Shown here: piece after piece, positions 7,838 to 16,977 of the stretch
How positions within the stretch are numbered: position 1 is the first letter of the stretch
How the letters are laid out: every line of letters starts with the position of its first letter
Origin: Bdellovibrionales bacterium
GTDB taxonomy: Bacteria > Bdellovibrionota > Bdellovibrionia > Bdellovibrionales > UBA1609
Direction of reading: 5' to 3'
Assembly (NCBI GenBank): GCA_963692945.1
Contig: OY843585.1
Coordinates: 810,001-842,000, forward strand
Length of the DNA stretch: 32,000 nucleotides
The notes under the pieces: generated by a model
What the model saw: the letters and a program-made list of their open reading frames with translations, nothing else
Databases searched by the model: none
Told to the model about the DNA's origin: nothing
Made by a program: the position numbers and the translations under genes

Positions 7838-9685
7838 ATGTCAACTAACAAATTAAACTTAGTGGAAAGGATTAAAGGGTTTCCAAGTTCGCCGGGTATT
7901 TACATTATGAAAAATGCCCAAAATAAGATTCTTTATATAGGAAAAGCAAAATCTCTTCGTTCAAGGATTCGTTCTTATTTTAACGAAAAAAAACCTACTT
8001 TAAAAAATCAATTTTTGATTCATCAGATGAAAAAAGTTGACTATATTATGACAGATAATGAGGTAGAGGCTTTTTTGTTAGAAGCTTCCTTAATTAAAAA
8101 ACATAAACCTCGTTACAATGTGAGATTAACAGATGATAAAAATTATCCCTATATTCGTTGTAGCGTAAAGGACAAATTTCCAAGGCTTTATTTTGAAAGA
8201 AAGGTCAAAGACTCAAAGTCTCTTTACTTTGGTCCCTACACACAAGGATTTTTTACTCGTCACATTATAGATTTTTTAAATCAAAATTTTCAGTTACGAG
8301 ATTGTTCCGATTCCAATTTTAAAACAAGGAGCCGACCTTGTTTAACTCATCAAATGGGGTTTTGCACAGCCCCTTGCGTAAGTTTTGTAGATGAAAAAAA
8401 ATATAGACATCAATTTCAAAAAGCCATTCGTTTTTTAAGAGGGCAGCATATTCATTTAGCAAAGTCATTGGAAAAAAAGATGGAAGTTTTTTCAAAAAAT
8501 TTACGTTTTGAGGAAGCGGGAAGAGTGAGAGATTATTTGAAGGCCATTTCAATGATTGATCAAAATCAATCTATCATTCAAAAAAGTGATAAAGACAGAG
8601 ATGTTGTTGTTTCAAAGGGAGATGAGAGGGGGTCTTTGGTGGAGTTTCTTTATTTAAGAAAAGGGAGATTGATCGGTAGTCGCTATCATTTTTTATCTAA
8701 AATTGTTCATGAAGAAGAGAATTTATTATCCTATCTCAATCAGTATTATGAAGAAAATATTATACCCGATGAAATTCTTTTAGATGCACCTATTAAAAAA
8801 TCTCAGATTAAAATTTTGGAAAAAGTTTTGAGTCAAAGGAAAGGGGAGAGTTGTAGGGTTTATTTTTCTTCAAAAGAGAAAGATTCGTCTTTGATTCAGA
8901 TGGCTTTAAAAAATGCTGAAAATCATTTTAAAGATGAGTTGAAGCAAAGTGAAGATCATAAAAAAATTCTAATAGAGATACAGCAGAAATTTCACTTAAA
9001 ACAATTGCCTTTGCGAATAGAGTGTTACGATATTTCTCATTGGAAGGGCTCCCATGTCATAGGTTCTCAAGTTGTTTTTAAAAATGGTCTTCCTTTTAAA
9101 AAAGATTACCGTTTGTATTCTCTTAAAAAAGCGACTAAGGAAGATGATTATGCGAGTTTGCAAGAGGTTTTGGAACGTCGTTTAAAACATACGGAGTATG
9201 AAAATCCTCACCTTATTTTAATAGATGGTGGTCGTGGTCAGTTGCATGCTGTTCAAAAAACTATGAAATCTTTAAACAGACAAGATACACCTATTGTTTC
9301 TTTGGCAAAAGATCGTATTAAAGAAAAAGTTAAATACAGTTCTTCCATCTCTTCTTCTGGTGAAAGATTTTATTTGGTGGGAAGAAAAAATCCTGTTTCT
9401 TTTTTGTCCTCTTCTAAAGCGTTTCATCTTTTGTTACATCTTCGTGATGAAGCTCATCGTTTTGCTATAGAATCTCATAGAAAAAAACGAGAAAAAACTT
9501 TTTTGTTAGGTGATTTGGATGAAATTAAAGGCTTAGGAGTAAAAAGGAAGAAAAGATTGCTAGATCATTTTAGGTCTTTGGAATCTTTAGCTCAAGCTTC
9601 AGAAAAAGAAATCTCTTCTATACCCTTTGTGTCTCAAAAAGTGGCTCGTGAAATAAGACTTTACTTTTCTAAAAGGAAAAAGTAG
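7838..9685 (+). CDS. uvrC: Excinuclease ABC subunit C
   Basis: 615 aa. GIY-YIG N-terminus (PGIYIMKN...ILYIGKAKSLRSRIRSYF), UvrB-interaction region (FEEAGRVRDYL), RNase H-like endonuclease region (ECYDISH) and a C-terminal HhH (GLGVKRKKRLLDHF). Confidence 0.95.
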   Translation: MSTNKLNLVERIKGFPSSPGIYIMKNAQNKILYIGKAKSLRSRIRSYFNEKKPTLKNQFLIHQMKKVDYIMTDNEVEAFLLEASLIKKHKPRYNVRLTDDKNYPYIRCSVKDKFPRLYFERKVKDSKSLYFGPYTQGFFTRHIIDFLNQNFQLRDCSDSNFKTRSRPCLTHQMGFCTAPCVSFVDEKKYRHQFQKAIRFLRGQHIHLAKSLEKKMEVFSKNLRFEEAGRVRDYLKAISMIDQNQSIIQKSDKDRDVVVSKGDERGSLVEFLYLRKGRLIGSRYHFLSKIVHEEENLLSYLNQYYEENIIPDEILLDAPIKKSQIKILEKVLSQRKGESCRVYFSSKEKDSSLIQMALKNAENHFKDELKQSEDHKKILIEIQQKFHLKQLPLRIECYDISHWKGSHVIGSQVVFKNGLPFKKDYRLYSLKKATKEDDYASLQEVLERRLKHTEYENPHLILIDGGRGQLHAVQKTMKSLNRQDTPIVSLAKDRIKEKVKYSSSISSSGERFYLVGRKNPVSFLSSSKAFHLLLHLRDEAHRFAIESHRKKREKTFLLGDLDEIKGLGVKRKKRLLDHFRSLESLAQASEKEISSIPFVSQKVAREIRLYFSKRKK

Positions 9686-9698
9686 ATTTTTTAGATCA

Positions 9699-10124
9699 AT
9701 GTCTTTTAAATCTTTTTATTTGTCAGAGATTCTAGGTGTTAAAAAATATTTATGCCCGAAAGATGTTTTTGATGTTCGTCAAATAACAGGTGGTTTGCCT
9801 TGCACTATGCTTGTTGTTGTCAAAGGAGAGATTTCCTTAAAAGAAAATCAGTTGCTTCATAAAATCATGCAGTCTATTGGTTACTCTGAATTTACTTTAT
9901 TAGAATTGAAGAAGGTCCATTTTTTAGAATCTTTTATGAATTCTGTTGAAAAGGAAAAATTAGCCCATGCTGTTATTTTTTTTGGTCAAGAATTATCTTA
10001 TAAAAAATTTAAACAAGTGAAGTGTTTAAACACTTATTCTTTAAAGGAATTAGAGGGAAATAATGGAGATGTTCAAACTAGGAAAAAAGAGTTATGGTTG
10101 AACTTAAAGCAATGGATAAGTTAA
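9699..10124 (+). CDS. Hypothetical protein; weak pattern resemblance to DNA polymerase III psi (HolD)
   Basis: 141-aa ORF placed tightly after uvrC and overlapping the nfeD start. See findings for the recollection-level HolD comparison. Confidence 0.35.
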   Translation: MSFKSFYLSEILGVKKYLCPKDVFDVRQITGGLPCTMLVVVKGEISLKENQLLHKIMQSIGYSEFTLLELKKVHFLESFMNSVEKEKLAHAVIFFGQELSYKKFKQVKCLNTYSLKELEGNNGDVQTRKKELWLNLKQWIS

Positions 10125-11425
10125 AAAAAATAATTTTTGGAATCCTTTTTTTTTCCAACCTTTTTTTGGGTGTTCATTCTTCTTTAGCTTGCACGGTTGA
10201 AACACCTGTTCAAGCAGCCATCACTCCTATCATTTTGGAAATTGTTAAAAAATCTGTAGAAGTGGCTAAAAAAGAAAACTGTTCTTCTGTTTTGTTAAAG
10301 ATAAACACTCCAGGTGGAAGTTTGTCTATAACACGTCTTATTGTTCAAGAGATTTTAAATTCTCCTACGCCTTTTCTTTGTTTAGTTTCTCCTTTAGGAG
10401 CTCAAGCGGCAAGTGCTGGAGCTATTATTTTACAAGCTTGCCATATCAGTGGTGCTTTGAAAGGAACCAATTTAGGAGCTTCCACTCCTGTTTTACTAGG
10501 TAAAGACATGGATAAAGAAAGTGATATGAGAAAAAAAGTTATGAATGATACAGTTTCTTTTGTGAAAACTCTTACTCGTTTAAGAAAGAGGAATGAAAAG
10601 TTTGGAGAAGAGATTGTAACTCAAGCTAAATCGGTTACAGCCGAAGAGGCTTTTCGTCTAAAGGCTATAGATTTTGTTGGAAATACGAGTCAGGAGTTTT
10701 TGGAATTTTCAAAAGGGCGATCTGTTGAAATGTCTGGAGGGCAGACATTGAATGTAAAAGTTGGGGAAATCAGACCCATTCCATTAGGGTTTCGTTATAA
10801 TATTTTAACTTTTTTTGCAGATCCTCAAATTTTATATCTTATTTTTTTAGGTAGCCTTATGCTTATTTATTTTGAACTCACTCATCCAGGGATAATGATG
10901 CCTGGTGTTGTGGGAGGTATAGGTCTTATTTTGTCCTTGATAGGTCTCAACACTTTAAGTGTTGTTTGGGGGGCTGTAGCACTTGTTTTTTTAGGTTTAG
11001 CTTTATTTATTTTGGAAATGTTTATTCCAAGTTTTGGAATTTTGGGTGTTGGTGGTATTGTTTCTTTTGTGATAGGAAGTATTTATCTTTTTGATCCTAT
11101 AGAAATGGGAGGTTATCAACTTCCTCTATCGCTTATTTTTATGGTGTCTTTATTTATTGGTCTTCTTATGTTAGGGGCGGCTTACTTGGCTTTCAAAACT
11201 TTAAATCTAAAACGAAATTCTACAGGTATGGGTAATATTGTTGGTGAAACAGGTGAAGTTACAAAAATTTTAGAAGATTCTTCTCCTACAAAAGCTTGGA
11301 TTATTATTCATGGGGAGAACTGGAAGGTTTCTTCTAAAGATAAATTAAAAGTTGGTGACATGGTTAAAGTTCTTAGTTATAAAAAGATGATTTTAAAAGT
11401 AGAAAAAACGGAGGAGGAAGTATGA
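10094..11425 (+). CDS. nfeD: NfeD-family membrane-bound ClpP-class serine protease
   Basis: 443 aa. ClpP-like periplasmic domain (INTPGGS, AASAGA), a multi-TM middle and a C-terminal OB-like NfeD tail (GENWKVSS...GDMVKV). The start may be the ATG at 10112 (MDKLKKIIF...). Its stop overlaps the start of the SPFH gene (ATGA). Confidence 0.8.
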   Translation: MVELKAMDKLKKIIFGILFFSNLFLGVHSSLACTVETPVQAAITPIILEIVKKSVEVAKKENCSSVLLKINTPGGSLSITRLIVQEILNSPTPFLCLVSPLGAQAASAGAIILQACHISGALKGTNLGASTPVLLGKDMDKESDMRKKVMNDTVSFVKTLTRLRKRNEKFGEEIVTQAKSVTAEEAFRLKAIDFVGNTSQEFLEFSKGRSVEMSGGQTLNVKVGEIRPIPLGFRYNILTFFADPQILYLIFLGSLMLIYFELTHPGIMMPGVVGGIGLILSLIGLNTLSVVWGAVALVFLGLALFILEMFIPSFGILGVGGIVSFVIGSIYLFDPIEMGGYQLPLSLIFMVSLFIGLLMLGAAYLAFKTLNLKRNSTGMGNIVGETGEVTKILEDSSPTKAWIIIHGENWKVSSKDKLKVGDMVKVLSYKKMILKVEKTEEEV

Positions 11426-12171
11426 GTTGGATTTACATTTTAGTTGGGATTGTTTTTCTTGGTTCTATGATTGTTAAAATTTTACCAGAATGGGAGCGAG
11501 GAGTTGTTCTTCGTTTCGGTCGTTCGGTTGGTGTTCGTGGACCAGGTCTTATACTGTTAATACCGGGAGTGGAAAAAATATATCGTGTAGATACAAGAAC
11601 TGTCACAATGGATATAAAACCTCAAGATGTGATCACCTTTGATAATGTGAGTATGAAAGTCAATGCTGTGATTTATTTTCGTGTAGTGGATACGGAAAAA
11701 TCTATCACACAAGTTGAGGATTATTTGTTTGCTACCAGCCAGTTGGCTCAAACCACTTTACGATCTGTATTGGGGCAATACCATATGGATGACTTGCTTT
11801 CCAGTAGAGATAAAATCAATCAGACCTTGCAAGAGATTTTAGATAAGGCGACAGAACCTTGGGGAATTAAAGTTTCTGTTGTGGAAGTTAAACATATTGA
11901 TTTACCAAAAGAAATGCAAAGGGCTATGGCTCGTCAAGCCGAAGCGGAAAGAGAACGAAGGGCTAAAGTGATTAGTGCTGAGGGAGAATTTCAAAGGGCT
12001 GAAAAATTAAAAGATGCTGCTAAAATTATGGAAGAAAGTCCGTCTGCTTTGCAATTGGCTTATCTTCAAGCTTTGACAGAAGTAACAGGCGAGGGGAAAC
12101 AAACTATAGTTTTTCCTATCCCTATAGATTTATTTAAACCTTTTGTGGATATAATGGAAAAAAAGACTTAG
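11422..12171 (+). CDS. SPFH/band-7 (stomatin/slipin-like) protein
   Basis: 249 aa. N-terminal [40 protein letters not shown]. This is the classic NfeD-stomatin operon partner. Confidence 0.9.
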   Translation: MSWIYILVGIVFLGSMIVKILPEWERGVVLRFGRSVGVRGPGLILLIPGVEKIYRVDTRTVTMDIKPQDVITFDNVSMKVNAVIYFRVVDTEKSITQVEDYLFATSQLAQTTLRSVLGQYHMDDLLSSRDKINQTLQEILDKATEPWGIKVSVVEVKHIDLPKEMQRAMARQAEAERERRAKVISAEGEFQRAEKLKDAAKIMEESPSALQLAYLQALTEVTGEGKQTIVFPIPIDLFKPFVDIMEKKT

Positions 12172-12188
12172 GATTCATTTCTAAAATA

Positions 12189-13310
12189 TCATATATTTTT
12201 TTCAAAAAGACTCTCAAATAAAAAACCTGTTGGTTCATAAGAGGTGATTTTATAAATGCCTTTGAGTAACCTTAAATCGTTGATTTTATCTAGCACAACT
12301 AAAGATTGAAGACTTGAAAAAATAAGTTTTTGGATGGTAGAACTTTGCCATTGAGGAGCTCCCATTTGAGTCAACATTTCTAACTTCCAAAGAGTTTGTT
12401 TGTGATGATTTCCATGAATGGTTCCAATGCTGCCATGATGTCCGCTGGCTAAAGCCAACAAAAGGTCTTTGGCTTCTGGACCACGAACTTCTCCCATAAC
12501 CAATCTGTCGGGTCGTAATCTGAGGCTTTGTTTCAAAAGTTCTTCTTGATTGATGAGAGATAGAGAGTTTTCAGCTGATGTTTGAGTTAAAAGTTTTGTG
12601 CTTACACAATTAGGAAGCACCAATTCATCTGCGTCTTCAATAGTGATGATTCTTTCTGTGGATCCTAGTTCTTGAAGGCAGGCATTCAAAACAGAAGTTT
12701 TTCCAGAATTGGTTGGACCTACAATGAGAAAATTTTGCTTTTCTTTGATGATGTTTTTTAAAATATCAATCGCTGATTCAGGAGCCCAACTTTTATCTTG
12801 CAATTTTTTAAAGTTCCAAATTATTTTAGGGTGTTTTCTCAAGCTGATATGAAAATCTTTTTTGATAAGAGGGGGTCGGATGATATGAATACGAAACTGT
12901 TTCCATCGCCCCTCTGCAAAAGGTTTTTTGTAGTTCACAGTCAGTTGTGATTCGGTTGATAATTTTTCTATAATGTTATTAAAAGTGATATCTGATAAAA
13001 AAGAATCATTTAAGATTTTTAAAAATCCATTGGATTCGAAACAGATATGATCTTTATTATTGATAATGATTTCAGTGATGGAGTCATCATGGATTAGATA
13101 ATTTAAGGGACCATATTCGCAAAATTCAAAAATGATTCTCTGAGCATTTTCTGAAGAGCTATTTTCATGAATGATTTGAGTGATGATTTTTTCTTGTTGA
13201 TCGTCTAACAGATCTCCTTTTGAAGAGAGCGAATTTTGAAAAAGATAAAGTGTATTTTCAAACTCTTCTTTAAGAGAAGGGGAGTGTTTAAAATTATTTT
13301 CTAATTTCAT
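12189..13310 (-). CDS. cpaF: Tad/Flp pilus assembly ATPase (CpaF/TadA, VirB11-superfamily)
   Basis: 373 aa. Walker A GPTNSGKTS, Asp box ITIEDADEL, Walker B region RLRPDRLVMGEVRGPEA, His box GHHGSIGTIHG. Confidence 0.8.
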   Translation of the reverse strand: MKLENNFKHSPSLKEEFENTLYLFQNSLSSKGDLLDDQQEKIITQIIHENSSSENAQRIIFEFCEYGPLNYLIHDDSITEIIINNKDHICFESNGFLKILNDSFLSDITFNNIIEKLSTESQLTVNYKKPFAEGRWKQFRIHIIRPPLIKKDFHISLRKHPKIIWNFKKLQDKSWAPESAIDILKNIIKEKQNFLIVGPTNSGKTSVLNACLQELGSTERIITIEDADELVLPNCVSTKLLTQTSAENSLSLINQEELLKQSLRLRPDRLVMGEVRGPEAKDLLLALASGHHGSIGTIHGNHHKQTLWKLEMLTQMGAPQWQSSTIQKLIFSSLQSLVVLDKINDLRLLKGIYKITSYEPTGFLFESLFEKNI

Positions 13311-14532
13311 GAGATTCTTTTTTTATAATTTTTGGATAAAGCAAAATCATTTGGGATGTTTTGTATCGGTTGTTGTTTCGGACAATAGAGTTTAGAAAAG
13401 AGAAAGAAAAATCAAGTCCTCCTTTTGAGAAAGTCCCTTGTCCTTCTTTTTTTTGATGGTAGATTTTTACAATCTCTTTGTTTTTAACTTTTATTGTGGT
13501 TTGTAAAGTTTGAGATTTTATAGGAGGTGGTTCGTCTTTCATTAAAAGGGAAAGAGGTTCAGATATTTCTCCTTTTATTTTGAGTTCAATGGTTTCTTTT
13601 TTATCCAGTAAAGCTGTGATTCGTAAGTTGAGTCCGTAGGATTTCCATTGGGTGCTGTGTTGTTTTGTTTCACTATTGTATTGTGAAAAAGGAATTTCTC
13701 CTCCATTGTGAATATGAACTTCTTGCCCGTTTTGAGCCAATACGGAAGAGTGATGGATGGTTTTTCCTTTTCCTGATGTTTTCAGTAAGTTTAAAAGTTT
13801 TAACAAAGAGCTGAAAGGTAGAATCTCTTCTTTGCTTGTGTGGTTGTTTCCAAAAAAGAGAGAAGAGGAGTTGTTTGTTTCTAAGAGAGCGATTTCAATT
13901 TCAATAAAAGGAGATTTGGTAAACCACTTTTCATCATTTTGAATGGTAAGTCCAAAGGGAGAAAGTTTTTTCTGATAAAAAGGCGTAAGTGTTTCTTTTG
14001 GTATAAGAGTTAAGGGGAGTTTAGACCATTGTATTTCTGGGGAAGTATGATTTTTAAAAAGAGATTTAAAATAAGCGACAATAACGGGTTCTAAATCTTC
14101 TCCTGGTTGAGCTATAAATTCATATTTGATATTGTGATTTTTTGCGAGTTTTGCAATTTGAACCCAGTCATACATACGATTGAGTTGTCCTGTGATTTGA
14201 ATGATATTCTTTTTTGAAATCATCCAGCTCAAACCCCAAGTTTGTTTCACCTTTTGATCTAATAAAAGAAGATGTTTTTTTATTTTTTCTTTAAGGACAA
14301 TGATTTTGTGATTTTTTGAACCAAGGATGAGGAATGTTTGTCCTTCTTTTTTTCCTAGAAGATGAAGTTGATTGTTATAAGTGGAAATGGATAAAAATTC
14401 TTTATGGCCAACATGAATCACTTTGTCAGAACTTAAGGTGAGTGTCCTTTTTTCCCCTAGAGATAAAAGGATGATTTCTGAATAGCAAGTGAAAGAGTAA
14501 AACAAGCTAAGGCTGGCAAAAAGAAATTTCAT
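13294..14532 (-). CDS. cpaC: Flp pilus secretin (CpaC/RcpA-like)
   Basis: The ORF track gives 13294-14622. I prefer the ATG at 14532, which gives the signal peptide MKFLFASLSLFYSFTCYSE. The N-terminal region matches the pilus-formation pattern (LSLGEKRTLTLSS...LLGKKEGQTFLIL). The C-terminal secretin-like core is VLAQNGQEVHIHNGGEIPF...YGLNLRITALLDKKETIELKIKGEISEP. Confidence 0.7.
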   Translation of the reverse strand: MKFLFASLSLFYSFTCYSEIILLSLGEKRTLTLSSDKVIHVGHKEFLSISTYNNQLHLLGKKEGQTFLILGSKNHKIIVLKEKIKKHLLLLDQKVKQTWGLSWMISKKNIIQITGQLNRMYDWVQIAKLAKNHNIKYEFIAQPGEDLEPVIVAYFKSLFKNHTSPEIQWSKLPLTLIPKETLTPFYQKKLSPFGLTIQNDEKWFTKSPFIEIEIALLETNNSSSLFFGNNHTSKEEILPFSSLLKLLNLLKTSGKGKTIHHSSVLAQNGQEVHIHNGGEIPFSQYNSETKQHSTQWKSYGLNLRITALLDKKETIELKIKGEISEPLSLLMKDEPPPIKSQTLQTTIKVKNKEIVKIYHQKKEGQGTFSKGGLDFSFSFLNSIVRNNNRYKTSQMILLYPKIIKKESHEIRK

Positions 14533-14538
14533 TCTTTT

Positions 14539-14630
14539 TATTTTGCAAAAATAAAGGCTTAAAAAAGCTTGTATTTGCAGGTGTTTTTTAGGTTTTTGTT
14601 GAAATAGACGAGTTTTGTTCATTCTTCGGC
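14539..14630 (-). promoter_or_regulatory. Conserved upstream block of the cpaC-cpaF operon: near-palindrome TATTTTGCAAAAATA (14539-14553) plus a block at 14580-14630 shared with the flp operon upstream region
   Basis: Direct comparison with 22691-22770 (see findings). ttttttaggtttttRttga is almost identical at both sites. Confidence 0.4.
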
Positions 14631-14680
14631 AAAATAAGCTGGGTTTAGATGATTTTAAGCCTTAGAGCTCTCCTAGTCTT

Positions 14681-14710
14681 TAGTCATTATTTTGATTTGT
14701 TTTTTAATAT
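14681..14710 (+). promoter_or_regulatory. Candidate promoter of paralog A (TAGTCA, 18 nt, TAATAT)
   Basis: The same TAGTCATTA element and spacing occur upstream of paralog B (16883-16912). Confidence 0.25.
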
Positions 14711-14750
14711 TTCTAAGGAATTCATCCGATATTTATTCTAGAGGTTTCTA

Positions 14751-16823
14751 TTGAGATTGTTGAAGTTTTTTATATTTTTTCCTTTTTTATTTTTTTATAG
14801 TGAAACATCTTTTTCTTGGGGGCAGATGCAAGGCTATAATCATTACAATTATGTAGGTTATCCTCAAGCCTATTCACCTTATAATCCCATTCCAAGTTGT
14901 CAGTCTCTAGAGTATCGAGCTCTTTTTTCACGACCAGGTTCTTCAAAGACTTCTAAAAAATCAAGGGTTAGTAAATTGGAAAAGAAGATAAAGAGATATG
15001 AAGGTTATTACGATAAATACGAAGACAGATTAGAGAAATATACAAAAAAATTAAAAAACTCTTTAAAGAACAACGCTTTTAAAAAATCAGATGGAACAAG
15101 TGAAAGTAAGGGTACTGTTGCAAAAGCTATAAAAAAGTACATTCAACATAAAAAAGATAAATGGGATTGTGAGAGTGGAAGTGGGAGCTCAAATCTTATG
15201 TTTTATTATCCCAATGTATTTATTTTCTTAAAGGAAGCTCTATTGCCTCAAGCGGAAGCTCAAACTGAAGCTAAAACTGAAGCTAAAGCTAAACCTGTTA
15301 GCTTTGCTGATGACACGGTAAATATCACTGTAGATCATAATTGTGAACCGGGTTCTTTTGAAGATGCAAAAGGAAAATGTGTAAAGTTAACAGAGAAGCA
15401 AAAGTGTATTAAAAAGAAGGGTTACAGTTGGAATCCCTTTGTAGGAGGAGGAGTATGTATTAAAAACCCTGTTCCTAAAACACAAAGACAAAAGTGTATT
15501 GAAAAGAAGGGTCACGGTTGGAATCCAAATACAAGAAGATGTGTTAAAAACCCTGTTCCTAAAACACAAAGACAAAAGTGTGTTGAAAAAGAGGGTCACG
15601 GTTGGAATCCAAATACAAGAAGATGTGTTAAAAACCCTGTTCTTAAAGCCCCTGTTTCTGAAAAACCTGTTCTTGAAAAAGAGGAAAAAACGAGCCTTGC
15701 TGGAGAAACAAGAGAGATCGCTGTAGATCATAATTGTAAACCGGGTTCTTTTGAAGATGAAAATGGTGAGTGTAAAACAGAGGAGCAAATATGTGTTGAA
15801 AAAGAGGGTCACAGTTGGGATCCAGGTATAAAAGCATGTGTTAAAAACCCTGTTCCTAAAACAAAAAGACAAAGGTGTGCCGAAAGAAAGGGTTACAGTT
15901 GGAATCCACATGTAGGAAGAAACGGAGTATGTGTTAAGAGTCCTGTTTCTAAAAAAGCAGATGCATCTAGTGATTCTGTTTCTCCTTTAATTTATGGATA
16001 CGATGGTGATAGTCCTGATGGGAATGCAGATGTAGCAAGTCCAGCAGCAACAGCTCCTCCAAACGAAGACCCTTCTCCTAAAACAAAGATGCAAAAATGT
16101 GCTGAAAAAAGTGGTTACAGTTGGAATCCACATGTAGGAAGAAACGGAGTATGTGTTAAGAACCCTGCTTCAACAGCAGCGGATCCAGTAACACCAACAA
16201 CTCCACCAGAATCAGCTTCAGAAGAACCAGCAGATGCATCCAGTTCAGTAACTCCACCACCAAAATGTAAAAAATCCAAATGGAAAAAAGATGAATATTT
16301 TGGAGAAGAGGGTGAGGTATCCGAGGAGTTTTGTGCAGATTATGCGAAAGATGTAGAAGCTTGTAAATTGGCTCTTAAAGGTATCAAAAGAAATTCTAAT
16401 AAAATAGATAAAAACCGTCGTCATCTTACACATTTTAATAATCAATTATCTAAATTAGAAGATTCAGATGAAGATGAAAGTGAAACAGAAGCTGGTATCA
16501 ATGAACCTTGTTGGGACTGTTTAAAAAAGGTGAGAAAAATAATGAGTCCTACAAGAGGTCAAAAGTTGGGTCATATAGCAACTCTACTTGGAGGGCTTGC
16601 TTTAGGTCATTACGCTTCAAGAGAAGGACGAAGATCTACAAAAGAGGCGAATAGATTAAGAGCTTGGCAGGGTGAACCAGCCTTAGCTAGCAATCATTCC
16701 TTAGCAGGTATAGGTGTAGCTTACCCTTTTATATCTCAAGCGGTGTATGGTTTAACAAATCCTAGGTCTTCTGTTTGTAGTCCATCAGTGAATCCTTATG
16801 GTAGGCAGTTTGGTTGGCGGTAA
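14751..16823 (+). CDS. Secreted repetitive protein, paralog A: Cys-bounded module array plus conserved C-terminal hydrophobic module
   Basis: 690 aa. TTG start with GAGG 7 nt upstream. Signal peptide MRLLKFFIFFPFLFFYSETSFS. Six modules of the form C-x3-G-[YH]-[SG]-W-[ND]-P-x(3-7)-C-[VI]-K-[NS]-P and two of the form VDHNC-[EK]-PGSFED-x3-G-x-C. The C-terminal 63 aa are identical to paralog B. Confidence 0.75.
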   Translation: MRLLKFFIFFPFLFFYSETSFSWGQMQGYNHYNYVGYPQAYSPYNPIPSCQSLEYRALFSRPGSSKTSKKSRVSKLEKKIKRYEGYYDKYEDRLEKYTKKLKNSLKNNAFKKSDGTSESKGTVAKAIKKYIQHKKDKWDCESGSGSSNLMFYYPNVFIFLKEALLPQAEAQTEAKTEAKAKPVSFADDTVNITVDHNCEPGSFEDAKGKCVKLTEKQKCIKKKGYSWNPFVGGGVCIKNPVPKTQRQKCIEKKGHGWNPNTRRCVKNPVPKTQRQKCVEKEGHGWNPNTRRCVKNPVLKAPVSEKPVLEKEEKTSLAGETREIAVDHNCKPGSFEDENGECKTEEQICVEKEGHSWDPGIKACVKNPVPKTKRQRCAERKGYSWNPHVGRNGVCVKSPVSKKADASSDSVSPLIYGYDGDSPDGNADVASPAATAPPNEDPSPKTKMQKCAEKSGYSWNPHVGRNGVCVKNPASTAADPVTPTTPPESASEEPADASSSVTPPPKCKKSKWKKDEYFGEEGEVSEEFCADYAKDVEACKLALKGIKRNSNKIDKNRRHLTHFNNQLSKLEDSDEDESETEAGINEPCWDCLKKVRKIMSPTRGQKLGHIATLLGGLALGHYASREGRRSTKEANRLRAWQGEPALASNHSLAGIGVAYPFISQAVYGLTNPRSSVCSPSVNPYGRQFGWR
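15460..15650 (+). repeat. 84-bp (28-aa) tandem repeat, about 2.2 copies, within paralog A
   Basis: Units start at 15460, 15544 and 15628 (ttaaaaaccctgttcctaaaacacaaagacaaaagtgt...). A further 48-bp identical stretch links about 15891-15938 and 16113-16160. Confidence 0.9.
16572..16760 (+). repeat. 189-bp block 100 percent identical to 18232-18420 (copy in paralog A)
   Basis: Compared base by base: catatagcaactctacttggagggcttgc...ggtgtatggtttaacaaat in both genes. The flanks diverge immediately. Confidence 0.95.
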
Positions 16824-16882
16824 AGCAAAATTTTTTCTTAGTAGAAGGGTTTTAATTTATTCAATCCTTAAGTCTTGTTTTT

Positions 16883-16912
16883 TAGTCATTAAATGGAGTT
16901 ATTTTTTATTTA
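16883..16912 (+). promoter_or_regulatory. Candidate promoter of paralog B (TAGTCA, 18 nt, TATTTA)
   Basis: Shared TAGTCATTA element with 14681-14689. AAGGA RBS 7 nt before the ATG at 16978. Confidence 0.25.
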
Positions 16913-16977
16913 AAGTTTCGGATTATAGAAAAAATTTATATACTATTTAAAGAGCTTTTAACCTTAAGGAATAAATT

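Noticed and set aside
10094-12171. The NfeD-SPFH pair as a novel system
   Set aside because: This is a well-known, widespread two-gene operon and there is nothing unusual in its organisation here.
8319-13942. Short antisense ORFs 8319-8552, 11557-11751 and 13757-13942
   Set aside because: Each lies fully inside a well-supported gene (uvrC, SPFH, cpaC) on the opposite strand. None has an RBS or motifs.
14539-14553. TTGCA in the palindromes as a sigma54 -12 element
   Set aside because: No GG dinucleotide at the required -24 spacing upstream of either TTGC on the transcribed strand.
14533-14622. N-terminal 30-aa extension of the secretin ORF (start at 14622)
   Set aside because: The extension is basic and not signal-like. 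It covers the DNA block conserved with the flp upstream region. The ATG at 14532 gives a clean signal peptide.
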